A DNA stretch of 64,000 nucleotides, taken from assembly GCA_031283155.1 (NCBI GenBank), contig JAITCI010000018.1, positions 13,690-77,689 of the forward strand, in the 5' to 3' direction. Below are positions 9,789 through 20,471 of the stretch, one piece after another; within the stretch, counting starts at the first letter, position 1; each line of letters begins with the position of its first letter. Source of the stretch: Spirochaetota bacterium (GTDB taxonomy: Bacteria > Spirochaetota > JAGLSM01 > JAKPMW01). The translations under genes were made by a program, and so were the position numbers. The notes beneath the pieces were generated by a model. That model was not told where the DNA came from and ran no database searches. It saw only the letters and a list, made by a program, of their open reading frames with translations.

Positions 9789-11472
9789 CGTAAGTTTTCC
9801 AGGCAGCGCGAAACCCCGTCTGCAAACCTTTGTATAGATTGAACAGAAGTCCAAGTACCAGCGCCAGCCCTCCAAGATACGCTCCCGCAATCCCGAGAAA
9901 ATCGCCATGCCGCGTATATACGCTCTGTCCATATCCGCGCATGAGTGAAATGTTACCGTCCAGAATACCGACCGTATGATTCGGAAGACGCGCCTGCATC
10001 CGTCCCCAGGCGTCAATGACGCAGGTGACTCCGGTATTGGCGGCGCGCACCATATACCGGCGGTTTTCTATCGCGCGCAGAATGGCCATCGCGGCATGCT
10101 GCTCCTGCGACTGTACGCTCCTTGACCAGTAATCATTTGTCGTATTGATCAGAAATTCAGCGCCGCCCAGAACAAATTGCCGACAGAGACCCCCAAATAT
10201 GTCTTCAAAACAGATAACCACGGAAAACGCCGTGTCTCTTTCCCGGAATACCGTATACCGCGTACCGGGCGTGAAATCACTTGCCACCGTATCCCGCAGA
10301 ATTTTTGCGACAAAAGGAAACTCTTTCTTGTACGGAAACCATTCCCCAAAGGGAACAAGGTTAATTTTGTAATAGCTATCCAGCACATTGGTGCCTGGAG
10401 TAACAAGGAAAGCGGCGTTATAGGATTGCATCTCCAAGCCGGGACTGCCGGTTACATTCGTCACCGCAACACGATCACGATGCGGTGCCGTCAAAAGCAC
10501 CGCCCGTCCGGCGCGGTCCGGCATACCCACAAACCACTCCGCAATCCGCCGGTCGGAATTGTCCTCCGGTGCCATCCTGAGATATTTCCAGTAATACATT
10601 CCGGGCGGATGCGAAAGGGTTTCCGGCCAGATAATCAGATCCCCCCCGCCCTTGCCTGCCTGCAGGGTCAGATCGGTGATTTTCTGCATGGTTTCGGCAT
10701 AGCGATCCCGCGCCCAATCTGTTTCCGGATCCACGAAAGCCTGAATGAGATGTACCTTGTACTCCGCACCTGACGGTTTCTCCGATAAACGCAAAGCCCC
10801 GTAAAGAAGAGAAAAACCAAGAAGCGCGCCGAGACAACAGAGCAATATCCGCTTTCGCCGCCGCGTGTCCTGTCGGAAGAGATACGCGACAACCGCATTG
10901 GCAAAGACCACCAAAAAGGAAACGCCCCATACGCCCGCGATATCAGCGATCTGCAATATGGGCAGAAAAGCTGTTTGCGAATATCCCGCCAGACCCCAGG
11001 AATAGCCAAGAAAACCCGTAGAGCGAAAATACTCAACGCCTGCCCAGAACAGGGAGAAGAGCAGAGGATCGAGCCATGGAAAACGATCACGGCTTATTCG
11101 CTGCCAGACAGAAAGAAAGAGAAAGGGCAGGGAAAAATAGAGCGCAAGGGCAGGAACTGCGGTAAAGAGCGCCATGACGTGAAAGACATGCATCCAGTAC
11201 GCAAGCACAAGCCAGAAAGACATCCCCGCCAGAAACGCAAACAGCCACATCCGCTTCACGGAAATGCCGCGCTGCATCACCAGCAGCGGAACAAAGGCTA
11301 TCCACGCAAGCGGGAAGATATCCGTGAGCGGGAAAGCCAGCCCAAGAGCCGCGCCGGAGATAATCGCGATAACCGCGCCCGCACAAAAAGCGAAGAAACG
11401 TCTGGGAAGAGGTTGTTCCTTATCATACCAGGGACGCCCAAAGGCAGAGAGGAAAATTCTCCGGAAAACCAT
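9775..11472 (-). CDS. lnt: Apolipoprotein N-acyltransferase
   Basis: Multiple TM helices; nitrilase triad IIWPE, YYKINLVPFGE, VICFED; RAIENRR..VRAANTG. Start uncertain; ATG 11472 has a GAGGT RBS. Confidence 0.92.
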   Translation of the reverse strand: MVFRRIFLSAFGRPWYDKEQPLPRRFFAFCAGAVIAIISGAALGLAFPLTDIFPLAWIAFVPLLVMQRGISVKRMWLFAFLAGMSFWLVLAYWMHVFHVMALFTAVPALALYFSLPFLFLSVWQRISRDRFPWLDPLLFSLFWAGVEYFRSTGFLGYSWGLAGYSQTAFLPILQIADIAGVWGVSFLVVFANAVVAYLFRQDTRRRKRILLCCLGALLGFSLLYGALRLSEKPSGAEYKVHLIQAFVDPETDWARDRYAETMQKITDLTLQAGKGGGDLIIWPETLSHPPGMYYWKYLRMAPEDNSDRRIAEWFVGMPDRAGRAVLLTAPHRDRVAVTNVTGSPGLEMQSYNAAFLVTPGTNVLDSYYKINLVPFGEWFPYKKEFPFVAKILRDTVASDFTPGTRYTVFRERDTAFSVVICFEDIFGGLCRQFVLGGAEFLINTTNDYWSRSVQSQEQHAAMAILRAIENRRYMVRAANTGVTCVIDAWGRMQARLPNHTVGILDGNISLMRGYGQSVYTRHGDFLGIAGAYLGGLALVLGLLFNLYKGLQTGFRAAWKTYANEE

Positions 11473-11512
11473 ATATGCACACCTCATCCTTGCCTCGCCA
11501 AAGTATCCGAAT

Positions 11513-12412
11513 CTATTGCTCAAGCGGATGGCACTCATTATACATCTTAAGAAGATACGCAGAGACGAGGTGCGTATACACCTGCGTTGTTCCGATATCG
11601 GCATGGCCCAGAAATTCCTGCACCGAGCGCAAATCGGCACCGCCCTCCAAAAGATGGGTAGCGCAGGAGTGCCGGAGGGTATGCGGCGAGAGGGGCTTGC
11701 CTATGCCTGCCCCGAGAGCGGCGGCATGCACAATCTTCCAGGCACCCATGCGCGACATTCTTTTTCCGCGGACATTCAGAAACACATAATGATTCCGTTC
11801 CTTCCCGAGAAGAGCCTGCCGCGCATACCCAAGATATTCGCGGAGCAAGTGCAGCGCGCTCTCCCCTGCCGGTACCACGCGTTCCTTTGAGCCCTTCCCC
11901 CGCACGGTCAGAAAACCGTCGGTAAAATCAATGTTATTCATGGACAGATCCAGAAGTTCCGAGATGCGCAGCCCGCAGGAGTAGAGAAGCTCGATCATGG
12001 CGCGATTCCGCAAGCCCGCGCTCGTATTGGGCTTGTTCCAGCTTATGAGCGCCTCGACCTCCTCGCGGGAGAGGAGCGAGGGCAGCGTACGCAGGCTCTT
12101 TGGGGAGTCGATGAAGGCGAGCGGATCGGCATTGATGGTGCCCTCCGTCAGAAGAAATTTATAGAACTGCCGGAGCGTGACCAACCGCCGCGCAGCTGTC
12201 GCCGGACGGGCGCCCTCCTGCCGCATCTTCCAAAGCCAGGCGACTATATCCGTCTCGCCGACAACAAGCCAATCCTTTTTCTGCGCGGCACAGAAGCGCA
12301 TAAAAAGAATCAGATCGCTCCTGTACGCTTCCAGGGTTGCGCGCGCGAGTCCCTTTTCCACCGCGAGGGTCGCGCAAAAATCGTCAAGAACGTGTACCGC
12401 GCCTGCCGGCAT
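11513..12412 (-). CDS. xerD: Site-specific tyrosine recombinase XerD
   Basis: RNRAMIELLYSCGLRISEL, HTLRH, LGHADIGTTQVYTH; chromosomal context. Confidence 0.88.
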   Translation of the reverse strand: MPAGAVHVLDDFCATLAVEKGLARATLEAYRSDLILFMRFCAAQKKDWLVVGETDIVAWLWKMRQEGARPATAARRLVTLRQFYKFLLTEGTINADPLAFIDSPKSLRTLPSLLSREEVEALISWNKPNTSAGLRNRAMIELLYSCGLRISELLDLSMNNIDFTDGFLTVRGKGSKERVVPAGESALHLLREYLGYARQALLGKERNHYVFLNVRGKRMSRMGAWKIVHAAALGAGIGKPLSPHTLRHSCATHLLEGGADLRSVQEFLGHADIGTTQVYTHLVSAYLLKMYNECHPLEQ

Positions 12413-12415
12413 GGT

Positions 12416-13633
12416 TTATCGCTCCTCGTCGGCTTTCCCGAGAAAGTGCTGCAGGCGATCACGCTTGGTTTCAAGATAAAACCTGTTTGTATCGCTGGGC
12501 TGGATGATCAGCGGGACGCGATCCCGGATGGAAAGCCCATAGCCCTCAAGCCCGATCAGCTTTTTAGGGTTATTCGTCATCAGCCGTATCGAGACAAGCC
12601 CGAGATCGCGCAGTATCTGCGCCCCGATACCGTAGTCCCTGAGATCGGCCGGAAAACCCAGAACCTCGTTGGCCTCTACCGTATCATAGCCCTTGTCCTG
12701 CAAATTATACGCGCGAATTTTATTGCCGAGACCGATCCCGCGCCCCTCCTGCCGCATATAGAGGATCACCCCGCTCCCCTCGCGCGCGATCATCCGCATG
12801 GCCTCGTGCAGCTGCTCCCCGCAGTCGCAGCGCAGCGAAGCGAATACATCGCCGGTCAGACACTCCGAGTGTACCCGCACAAGGATATTCTCGCCGCTGC
12901 CTGTATCGCCGTGGACAAGCGCGACGTGCTCGAGATCATCTATTTCGTTTTCGTAAATATAAATACGGAAATCGCCCATCGCCGTCGGCAGGGCGGCCTC
13001 GGCCCTTCGCGTAACGAGCTTCTCGGTCTGGCGGCGATGGCGGATCACCTGCTCCACCGACACGAGCTTTAATCCATGCCGATCCGCAAATGCCCTGAGA
13101 TCGGGCGCGCGCATCATCGTTCCATCGGGGTTCAGGATCTCGCAGATCGCCGCCGCAGGCCGCAGCCCCGCGAGGCGCATCAGATCCACCGAAGCCTCCG
13201 TATGGCCGGCGCGAACCAGAACGCCGCCGGGGCGGGCGGCAAGCGGAAAGATATGCCCGGGGCGTCTGAAATCGGCGGGCTTTGTGTCCGGCGAGGCCAA
13301 AAGCGTGATGGTGCGCGCGCGATCACTCGCGGAGATCCCTGTGGTCACGGATTTATCGGCGTCGATGGAAACGGTATAGGCGGTTCCCTTGGGGTCGGAA
13401 TTTTCGTGATCCTGCACCATCGGACGCAGCGCAAGGCGCTCTATCGCGGTATGCTCCAGCGGAACGCAGATAAGCCCGCGCCCCTCGGTGATCATGAAGT
13501 TGACCGCGTGAGGTGTGGCCTTCTCCGCCGCTATAACCAGATCCCCCTCATTCTCACGGGAATCATCATCGACCACGATGACCATCTCCCCGCGCACCAG
13601 AGCCAGAAGCGCGTCTTCGAGCGTATCGAGCAT
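12416..13633 (-). CDS. ribBA: DHBP synthase / GTP cyclohydrolase II
   Basis: [37 protein letters not shown]. Confidence 0.97.
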   Translation of the reverse strand: MLDTLEDALLALVRGEMVIVVDDDSRENEGDLVIAAEKATPHAVNFMITEGRGLICVPLEHTAIERLALRPMVQDHENSDPKGTAYTVSIDADKSVTTGISASDRARTITLLASPDTKPADFRRPGHIFPLAARPGGVLVRAGHTEASVDLMRLAGLRPAAAICEILNPDGTMMRAPDLRAFADRHGLKLVSVEQVIRHRRQTEKLVTRRAEAALPTAMGDFRIYIYENEIDDLEHVALVHGDTGSGENILVRVHSECLTGDVFASLRCDCGEQLHEAMRMIAREGSGVILYMRQEGRGIGLGNKIRAYNLQDKGYDTVEANEVLGFPADLRDYGIGAQILRDLGLVSIRLMTNNPKKLIGLEGYGLSIRDRVPLIIQPSDTNRFYLETKRDRLQHFLGKADEER

Positions 13634-14278
13634 TTAATCCTCTTTCCGAATACCGGCATATTGTTCCATAACAAGATCACCGGGGGGATGCGCCTCGAGC
13701 CAGCGCGCGGCATAACGCGCGAGAACGTCCAATTCTATATTGACCTCGCGCCCCGCGCGCCATTCCCCAAGGGTGGTGCGCTGAACGCTCTCGGGAATAA
13801 TAACAAAAGACGCGAGATCGGATTCCAGCCCTTGCACGGTCAGCGATACCCCATCGACCGCAAGCGAACCCTTAACCGCGACCAGCGGGAGGAAAGCGCG
13901 CGGCAGTCGGAGCGTTATGCAGAGCGTATCTGAATTTTTTTGGATGCGCAGGACGCGCGCGGTTCCATCCACGTGTCCGGTCACAAAATGTCCATTGAGC
14001 CTGTCCGAGAGCGCGAGCGCGCGTTCAAGATGCACGGTGGCATTGGGTTTGAGTCCGCCCAGATTGGTCGCGCGCAGGGTTTCGTTGGAAGCGAAGGCAG
14101 AAAAATACTCCGTCTCGCGGGCGCTGACCGTCAGACAAACCCCGTTCACCGCTATGCTCTCGCCCTGCCGGGAGTCCGCGAAAAAGGAGGGTGCCGCCGC
14201 AAATTGCAGCTCCCGCCCGCCTGTGTGCGCGTGGCTCTGGGTGAGCTTCCCCACTATGCCCACAATTCCCGTAAACAC
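13634..14278 (-). CDS. ribE: Riboflavin synthase (alpha type)
   Basis: MFTGIV N-terminus, GESIAVNGVCLT, GHFVTGHVDG, KGSLAVDGVSLT. Confidence 0.95.
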   Translation of the reverse strand: MFTGIVGIVGKLTQSHAHTGGRELQFAAAPSFFADSRQGESIAVNGVCLTVSARETEYFSAFASNETLRATNLGGLKPNATVHLERALALSDRLNGHFVTGHVDGTARVLRIQKNSDTLCITLRLPRAFLPLVAVKGSLAVDGVSLTVQGLESDLASFVIIPESVQRTTLGEWRAGREVNIELDVLARYAARWLEAHPPGDLVMEQYAGIRKED

Positions 14279-14601
14279 TAGGAGTATATTCCTTCAAGCA
14301 CCTTGATAGTGGTGGCCTCGCTATCTCCGCCCGCATACAGCCAGAATACAGAGACCGCGATCAGAGCAAGAAAAAAGAGAATGGCCAGAATACGCGCCGG
14401 AATGCGCCAACCCCGCGCGGCCTGTTTCCGCTCCAGAAAATACCATGCGCCCGAGCAGAGGAAAAAAGCGAGCGCGGCTATCAATACGAACAGTTCCGGC
14501 AGACTCCCTTTCCCGAATAGTTGCAGGCATATACTCAGCGCAAATAAGAGCGACGCCAGGATCCATGCCCAAAAAGCCCATTTTTTCATAATCCCCTCCA
14601 T
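14278..14601 (-). CDS. Small hypothetical membrane protein (about 3 TM)
   Basis: Hydrophobic ORF whose stop overlaps the ribE start. Confidence 0.6.
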   Translation of the reverse strand: MEGIMKKWAFWAWILASLLFALSICLQLFGKGSLPELFVLIAALAFFLCSGAWYFLERKQAARGWRIPARILAILFFLALIAVSVFWLYAGGDSEATTIKVLEGIYS

Positions 14602-14714
14602 AAAAAACCCCCATCATCAAATCCCCGGCTCGAAAAAAATATCATTTTTTTGGCACTTTTGCACCCCTCAGGAACCTCTTAGTAAACAGAACAACACAAT
14701 AAAGGAGAATTTGC

Positions 14715-15299
14715 ATGAATCAAACGCTTTTTACCACCCTTTTCCTCCGGCACAGGCCGGATTGTATCCGCTTTGCGGTCTGGCTGACGCGCAATACCGA
14801 CGAGGCGGAGGATCTCGTCCAGGACGCCTATTGCTACGCCTTGCAGCGGCTGGAGAAAATTCCCGAGGGGGATCGCGCCTTCGTGAGCTGGATATTCGTG
14901 GGTATGCGCTTTTTGCGGCAAAACCGCCTTAGGACGCAGCAGCGCGAGGGCGCGGCCTATAAGCGCATGAGGAGCGCGGCGGAAAATTCCCTGTATGTGT
15001 GCCGGCCGGACAGCGACACGAACCTGCGCCCCTACCGTCTTATGGTCAACGACGCGCTCAGGCGTCTCCCGGGGATGTACCGCACCCCGCTTGTGCTCCA
15101 CGAGATGATGGACGTCGAATGCGGCGAACTTTCCGTCATCGAAAATATCGCCGAGGGAACGGTGAAGTCGCGCCTCTATCGCGGCAGAAAGATCCTGCGG
15201 AAACGCCTTGCCGGTCTCGCGCGCGAGGAGAATTTCGCGGTATCTTCACAGCCGCCGGAAAAGAAAGGCCAGATTATACCTTTCAGGATACCGGATTAA
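14715..15299 (+). CDS. ECF-type sigma-70 factor
   Basis: RBS AAGGAG; region 2 AEDLVQDAY, region 4 EGTVKSRLYRGR. Confidence 0.88.
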   Translation: MNQTLFTTLFLRHRPDCIRFAVWLTRNTDEAEDLVQDAYCYALQRLEKIPEGDRAFVSWIFVGMRFLRQNRLRTQQREGAAYKRMRSAAENSLYVCRPDSDTNLRPYRLMVNDALRRLPGMYRTPLVLHEMMDVECGELSVIENIAEGTVKSRLYRGRKILRKRLAGLAREENFAVSSQPPEKKGQIIPFRIPD

Positions 15300-15339
15300 C
15301 TCTCCTCCGCCCCGTGTGGGAGCAGGATGCGGACACGCC

Positions 15340-15999
15340 CTAGCTCTCCTCCGCCCCGTGGCTGCCGGTGATGGCATACTCAACCCACTCGCCGATATTG
15401 ACGGCGTGATCGCCAATGCGCTCGAGATATTTGGTAATCATCATAAAGAGTATCGCCTGCTCGGCAGTCGCGGGGTCTTTGCGGATCAGCTCGGTCAGAT
15501 CGCGCATCACCACCTTGAAGAGTTCGTCGACTTTGTCGTCCGCTTTTTCGAGGGAGCGCGCGAGGGCCAGATCGCGGTTTATATAGGCCAGCACACCGTC
15601 CTTGACCATCTGAATCGTGAGCACCGCCATTTGGGGGATGTGCTCCAGTTTTTTGATGTATTTCTCATCGCCGAATTGCATCGCAATCTCGGCGATATTG
15701 CGCGCCTGATCGCTGATGCGCTCGAGATCCGTGATCATCTTGAGCGCGGCCGTGATCTCCCGAAAGTCGCCGGCGACCGGATGCTCCATCAGCAGGATCT
15801 TGAAACAGCATTGCTCAATATCGTGCTCCAGGCCGTCAACCAGTTTGTCTTCCTTAAAAACCTCGGCTGCGATCACATTATCCCGCTGCACCAAAGCCTG
15901 GGTACATTTTTCAATCGCGATCTCGATATGCCGACACATCGAGATCAGATTGTCATACACCTGTTTGAGTTCCAGTTCGTAGCTTGCGCGCATAGGCAT
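15340..15999 (-). CDS. phoU: Phosphate uptake regulator PhoU
   Basis: DLERISDQA and YLERIGDHAVNIGEW repeats. Confidence 0.96.
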   Translation of the reverse strand: MPMRASYELELKQVYDNLISMCRHIEIAIEKCTQALVQRDNVIAAEVFKEDKLVDGLEHDIEQCCFKILLMEHPVAGDFREITAALKMITDLERISDQARNIAEIAMQFGDEKYIKKLEHIPQMAVLTIQMVKDGVLAYINRDLALARSLEKADDKVDELFKVVMRDLTELIRKDPATAEQAILFMMITKYLERIGDHAVNIGEWVEYAITGSHGAEES

Positions 16000-16053
16000 G
16001 GTTTTATCCCCTCCATGTATCAGGGCGTGTCCCTAAAGTATTACTTGGCAGCA

Positions 16054-16168
16054 TTTTCGTCATTGCGAACCCCGCGCGAAGCGGGGTGAAGCAATCCAGG
16101 GGGAACATTTTTACATGGATTGCTTCGGCTGCGCCTCGTACCCGCAGGGGCATAAACAATGACGAAAA
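16054..16168. repeat. Nested palindromic element between pstB and phoU
   Basis: TTTTCGTCATTG/CAATGACGAAAA outer arms, GAAGCAATCCA/TGGATTGCTTC inner stem, ACCCCGC/GCGGGGT hairpin. Confidence 0.85.
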
Positions 16169-16188
16169 AAACACTTTAGGGACACACC

Positions 16189-16947
16189 CTAGCCAAATCG
16201 TCCCGTTATATAACTTTCCGTGCGGCCGTCAAAAGGATTGGAAAACACCTTTTGCGTACCGCCGTATTCAACCAATTCGCCCAGCAGAAAGAATGCCGTT
16301 TTATCGGAGATGCGCGTCGCCTGCTGCATATTATGCGTCACGATAACGATGGTATACTCCGCCTTGAGTTCCATGATCAAGGCCTCAATCGTGCCGGTGG
16401 AGATGGGATCCAGGGCGCTGGTGGGCTCATCCATAAGCAGTATTCTGGGTTCGGCAGCCAGGGCGCGCGCGATGCACAAGCGCTGCTGCTGCCCTCCGGA
16501 GAGCCCCAGCGCGCTCTGATGCAGGCGATCCTTCACCTCGTACCAGAGTCCGGCGCGGTAGAGGGTGCGTTCGATGATCTCGCTCAATTCCGCTTTCTTT
16601 CGGATGCCGAATGTTCTCGGCGCGAAGGCGATGTTGTCGTAGATGCTCATCGGGAAGGGATTCGGCTTTTGAAACACCATACCGACTGTTTTGCGAAGCT
16701 GGATGACGTCAACCCCGCTCGCGTAGATATCATTTCCCTCGACTAAAATCTCGCCGGTAATCCGGCAGGACTCGATGAGATCGTTCATTCGGTTAAAGAT
16801 GCGCAAGAATGTGGATTTCCCGCAGCCCGAGGGCCCAATCAGCGCCGTCACCTTGCGCTCCCGAATATCCATCGTGACATTTTTGAGCGCCGGAACCGAT
16901 CCGTAATGCAGATTGCAATCCTTCACCGAAATGGCATTCTTACCCAT
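16189..16947 (-). CDS. pstB: Phosphate ABC transporter ATPase
   Basis: [30 protein letters not shown]. Confidence 0.97.
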   Translation of the reverse strand: MGKNAISVKDCNLHYGSVPALKNVTMDIRERKVTALIGPSGCGKSTFLRIFNRMNDLIESCRITGEILVEGNDIYASGVDVIQLRKTVGMVFQKPNPFPMSIYDNIAFAPRTFGIRKKAELSEIIERTLYRAGLWYEVKDRLHQSALGLSGGQQQRLCIARALAAEPRILLMDEPTSALDPISTGTIEALIMELKAEYTIVIVTHNMQQATRISDKTAFFLLGELVEYGGTQKVFSNPFDGRTESYITGRFG

Positions 16948-17785
16948 GCATCAGTTCTCCCTTGCCGAATACCTTTCCGAGAAATACCGCGAGCAAATTG
17001 ATGCCAATCATCACAATAAGCAAAACAACCCCGGTTGCGGCCGCCTGTTCGGGATAGCCGTTTGATCCGAAATAATAAACGTCCAATGCGAGCGAGGTTC
17101 CGGGACTCATAAGGCTCTCGGGCATCTTGTTGACCACCATCCCGATTGTTAAAATCAGGACTGCGCTTTCCGATATGACGCGCCCCGCCGCGAGGATCAG
17201 CGAGGTCAGTATCCCGCTCATCGCGCACGGCAGCACAATCGTAAAAATCATGCGCACCTTGCTCGCGCCCAGGGCGAGGCTTGCCTCCCTGAGCGACTGC
17301 GGCACGGCCAGCAGGCTCTCCTCGGTGGAACGCACGACAAGCGGGAGAATCATAATCGCAAGCGTGATACCGCCGCCCAAAAGAGAATACTTAAACCCGA
17401 GCGCCACCGCAAAAACAAGATAACCGAAAATTCCGTACACGATTGAGGGGATGCCGGACAGGGTTTCGCTCGCGATGCGGATCGCGCGGATGAGATGGCT
17501 CCGGGTGCGGGTATATTCCGTCAGAAAAAGCGCGGTGCCGATACCGATGGGCGCGGCGATAACAAGCGCGAGAAGGGTCAGGCTGAGGGTACCCAGAAGC
17601 GCCGGTTTGATGGATGGGTATTTCCCGTAATCGCCGAAGAGGAGCTGCATATTTATATGCGGAAGCCCGCTCGCCAAAATAAAAATGACGATGCCCGAGA
17701 GCATAAGCAGCGTGAGGAACAGCATCCCCTGGGCGAATATGCGCAGGAGCTGCGCGCGGCGAATCTGCCGTTGGTGGCGGGTCAT
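16940..17785 (-). CDS. pstA: Phosphate ABC transporter permease PstA
   Basis: [22 protein letters not shown]. Confidence 0.94.
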   Translation of the reverse strand: MTRHQRQIRRAQLLRIFAQGMLFLTLLMLSGIVIFILASGLPHINMQLLFGDYGKYPSIKPALLGTLSLTLLALVIAAPIGIGTALFLTEYTRTRSHLIRAIRIASETLSGIPSIVYGIFGYLVFAVALGFKYSLLGGGITLAIMILPLVVRSTEESLLAVPQSLREASLALGASKVRMIFTIVLPCAMSGILTSLILAAGRVISESAVLILTIGMVVNKMPESLMSPGTSLALDVYYFGSNGYPEQAAATGVVLLIVMIGINLLAVFLGKVFGKGELMHG

Positions 17786-18651
17786 GCCTTCTCCCTTTTC
17801 AAGAGCGAAAAACTGATATTCAAAAACAGGGTAAACACGAAAAGAACAACCCCCGTCGCGACGAGCGCCGTCACCGCGTCGCCGAAGAGTTCGGTCGCGC
17901 CCATCGCGATATTGGCGGTCAGGGTGCGCACACTCTGGAAGAGGCTCTCGGGCATCACGGGGGAGCCCCCGATCACCATGATGACCGCCATGGTCTCGCC
18001 TATCGCCCGCGCTATCGACAGCACCACAGCCGCCAGAATACCGCTCTTGGCCGCAGGCACCATAACCGTAAAAACAGTTTGCTCGCGGGTCGCGCCGAGC
18101 GCAAGGGATCCCTCGTAATAGCTTTTGGGCACGGCGTCCAGGGCGTCGAGGCTTACGCTCACAATCGTGGGCAGCACCATGATCCCGAGAATGACGCTCG
18201 CGGCCAGCACCCCGTACCCCACCCCATTCGGGGATATATATTCGCGCAAAAAGGGTACCAGCACAATCATGCCGAAGAGGCCGTAGATAACCGAGGGGAC
18301 GCCCGCAAGGAGATTCACCAGCTGGCGAATCGGATGCACCATTTTTTTGGGGCAGAATTTGTACAGCGCAACGGCGGTACCCAGCCCCGTAACGACGCCG
18401 ATAAGGGTCGCGAGTCCCGTAACATACAGGGAGGCGATGATCATCGGGAGAATGCCGTAGAGGTTTTCATGCAGATTCCATGTTGTGCCGAAAAAATTGG
18501 CCGCGCCCACCCGCGCAATGAAAGGCAGCCCATCCATAAGCAAAAACGCGCAGATACATCCCAGAGCCAGAAGGCAAAAGAGGGCGCAGGCAAAAAAGAC
18601 GCCCCGCATCAGGGAATCACGCGCTCGGATAAAACGATAGATCGTCCGCAT
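17782..18651 (-). CDS. pstC: Phosphate ABC transporter permease PstC
   Basis: YGILPMI, LAGVPSVIYG, RAIGETMAV. Confidence 0.94.
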   Translation of the reverse strand: MRTIYRFIRARDSLMRGVFFACALFCLLALGCICAFLLMDGLPFIARVGAANFFGTTWNLHENLYGILPMIIASLYVTGLATLIGVVTGLGTAVALYKFCPKKMVHPIRQLVNLLAGVPSVIYGLFGMIVLVPFLREYISPNGVGYGVLAASVILGIMVLPTIVSVSLDALDAVPKSYYEGSLALGATREQTVFTVMVPAAKSGILAAVVLSIARAIGETMAVIMVIGGSPVMPESLFQSVRTLTANIAMGATELFGDAVTALVATGVVLFVFTLFLNISFSLLKREKA

Positions 18652-18661
18652 GGAACCGACC

Positions 18662-19522
18662 TCAGTTAGTTTGCTGATCCTTTACAAGCTGATTCCATTT
18701 CTGTACGCTCTTCCCTGCGCCATAAATCCCCTGTAGTTCCGCAAGCGTAATGGAATCCAGCGGATTGGCTTTGTTCACGATAACGGCAATACCGTCCCGC
18801 GCAACAGGGAAATGCGTACAACCCGCCGCCTTCTCGGGCATAAACTCTTCGCTTATCATACCAAATATACTCACCCCTTCAACAGCGCTCTTATAGCCCG
18901 TGCCGCTCCCGCCGCCGGAGACGCTCAGCTTGATCCCGGGCTGGAGCTTTTCAAAGGCCGCCGCCAGCTCGATCATCAGCGGCTGCAACGAGGTGGAACC
19001 GGAAATATCGATGCTGCCGGAGAGCGTGCCGATCACATACCCCTGCGGATCCTCGCTCATCGGGACATAGCCATTTTCCGTGATAATATCGGCGGCTTCC
19101 CGGCTCCCGAGAAAGGCAAGAAAGGCGGCATATACCGCATTCTCAGCGGAGGCCTGCCTGTACACGACGGACAGAGGGCGCGCGAGTATATACGCGCCGC
19201 TCCGGATGTTCTCAACGGTCGCCGCAACGCCCTCCAGTTGCAGAACCTTGACGTCCTTGCCGGTATAGCCCAGGCTCTCGTAGGCGATAGCGGCGGGATT
19301 CCCCCGCACCTCGGCCAGAACGCCGGCGGTTCCGGTTTGAATCACAACCCCGGCAGGATCCGGCTTGCCCTGAAGCCCGATATGCGCCATAAAGGCCGTT
19401 TTCGTGCCGCTCCCGTCCTCGCGCGCGACTACCCCGATATTCCTGGAGGCGTCAAACCCCGAAACCCCGCAGGCCGCGCACACCGCCATACAAACGAAGG
19501 TACATACCGCAAACCTTTTCAT
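18662..19522 (-). CDS. pstS: Phosphate-binding lipoprotein PstS (domain order permuted)
   Basis: Lipobox CAAC; REDGSGT half precedes the ISGSTS half. Confidence 0.9.
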   Translation of the reverse strand: MKRFAVCTFVCMAVCAACGVSGFDASRNIGVVAREDGSGTKTAFMAHIGLQGKPDPAGVVIQTGTAGVLAEVRGNPAAIAYESLGYTGKDVKVLQLEGVAATVENIRSGAYILARPLSVVYRQASAENAVYAAFLAFLGSREAADIITENGYVPMSEDPQGYVIGTLSGSIDISGSTSLQPLMIELAAAFEKLQPGIKLSVSGGGSGTGYKSAVEGVSIFGMISEEFMPEKAAGCTHFPVARDGIAVIVNKANPLDSITLAELQGIYGAGKSVQKWNQLVKDQQTN

Positions 19523-19651
19523 ATTTTCTCCTTAAATCCCGCTCCCCCGCCAACCCCTGAATTTTACTTTATCCGGCGGGCAAGAGACAGAAAAAAGAAT
19601 GGCTTGACGGCATGGACGATATTGCCGACGATAGGGGTGAAGGATAGCCGC

Positions 19652-20143
19652 ATGAAACCTCGATCCATGCTCTCGCCCGTCATCGGGCTCTTGTGCATCA
19701 CGGGATTGCTCGCAGGCGCAGCACCCGGCCCGCTCACGCCCGACAACGCGGTGGAAATCCTGTATACGCACGTGAAGCGCAGCGACTATAGGCCGCTGCT
19801 TGGCCTCTGCATCGATCCCGAACGCAAACGCCTCGATACGCTCCTGCAAAAAATTGAAGCGAACCGCGGCACGCTGGAGGAAGCGCGGAAAAGAGCCGCC
19901 GCGCTTGAGGGCTATACCATCCACTCAACCGAAAAATATGATACGGTGGCGGTGATCATGTTCTCATGGAAATACCGCAACGACTATCAGGCGCCGCAGC
20001 CCGACATCAAAAACCCGAATTTCATCGAACGGGGATGCGAGGCGCTGCTCCTCAGGGAAAATAACGTCTGGAAGCTCGCGGCCACCCGCCCCTGGATACC
20101 CGAGAGCGAGCGCGGACCGGCGTCTTTGCAGCGGCAAAACTGA
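19652..20143 (+). CDS. Hypothetical secreted protein
   Basis: ATG 19652 with GAAGGA RBS, signal peptide MKPRSMLSPVIGLLCITGLLAGA; the upstream part of ORF 18812 is pstS antisense shadow. Confidence 0.65.
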   Translation: MKPRSMLSPVIGLLCITGLLAGAAPGPLTPDNAVEILYTHVKRSDYRPLLGLCIDPERKRLDTLLQKIEANRGTLEEARKRAAALEGYTIHSTEKYDTVAVIMFSWKYRNDYQAPQPDIKNPNFIERGCEALLLRENNVWKLAATRPWIPESERGPASLQRQN

Positions 20144-20471
20144 AGCAGAGGAATACTCGCGGAGCTATTGCGCGTGGATGCCGGGAGCAGCGTTCTTATC
20201 GGCGGCGGCGTAAAGTTTTTCTTTGGGGAACAGTTATCGCATACGGAAAGGAAACGCGCACAACCGCCATTGCGGCGAAACGCTCCGCCGCTCTGCCTGT
20301 GCACCGAAGCTCCTTACGGATTGAAAACGTCCCGCGAAACAAAAAAAGCAAATACATATGCCGCGAAAAAGACCGAATAGATGCGAAACCTGCTTTACGC
20401 GCAACAGCACACAGGAAGCATGATGCACCCTGCGTACTATTACAATCCATGCGCCGGATATGGGTACGCCC

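Noticed and set aside
14600-14715. FMN riboswitch upstream of the rib genes
   Set aside because: The intergenic region is too short and lacks the RFN consensus.
19523-19650. Pho box upstream of pstS
   Set aside because: No convincing 11-bp-period CTGTCAT-type or TTAACA-type repeats.
20167-20455. MITE with terminal inverted repeats
   Set aside because: Only an imperfect match of about 10 bp and no target-site duplication; it shares short motifs with other repeat clusters but boundaries cannot be defined.
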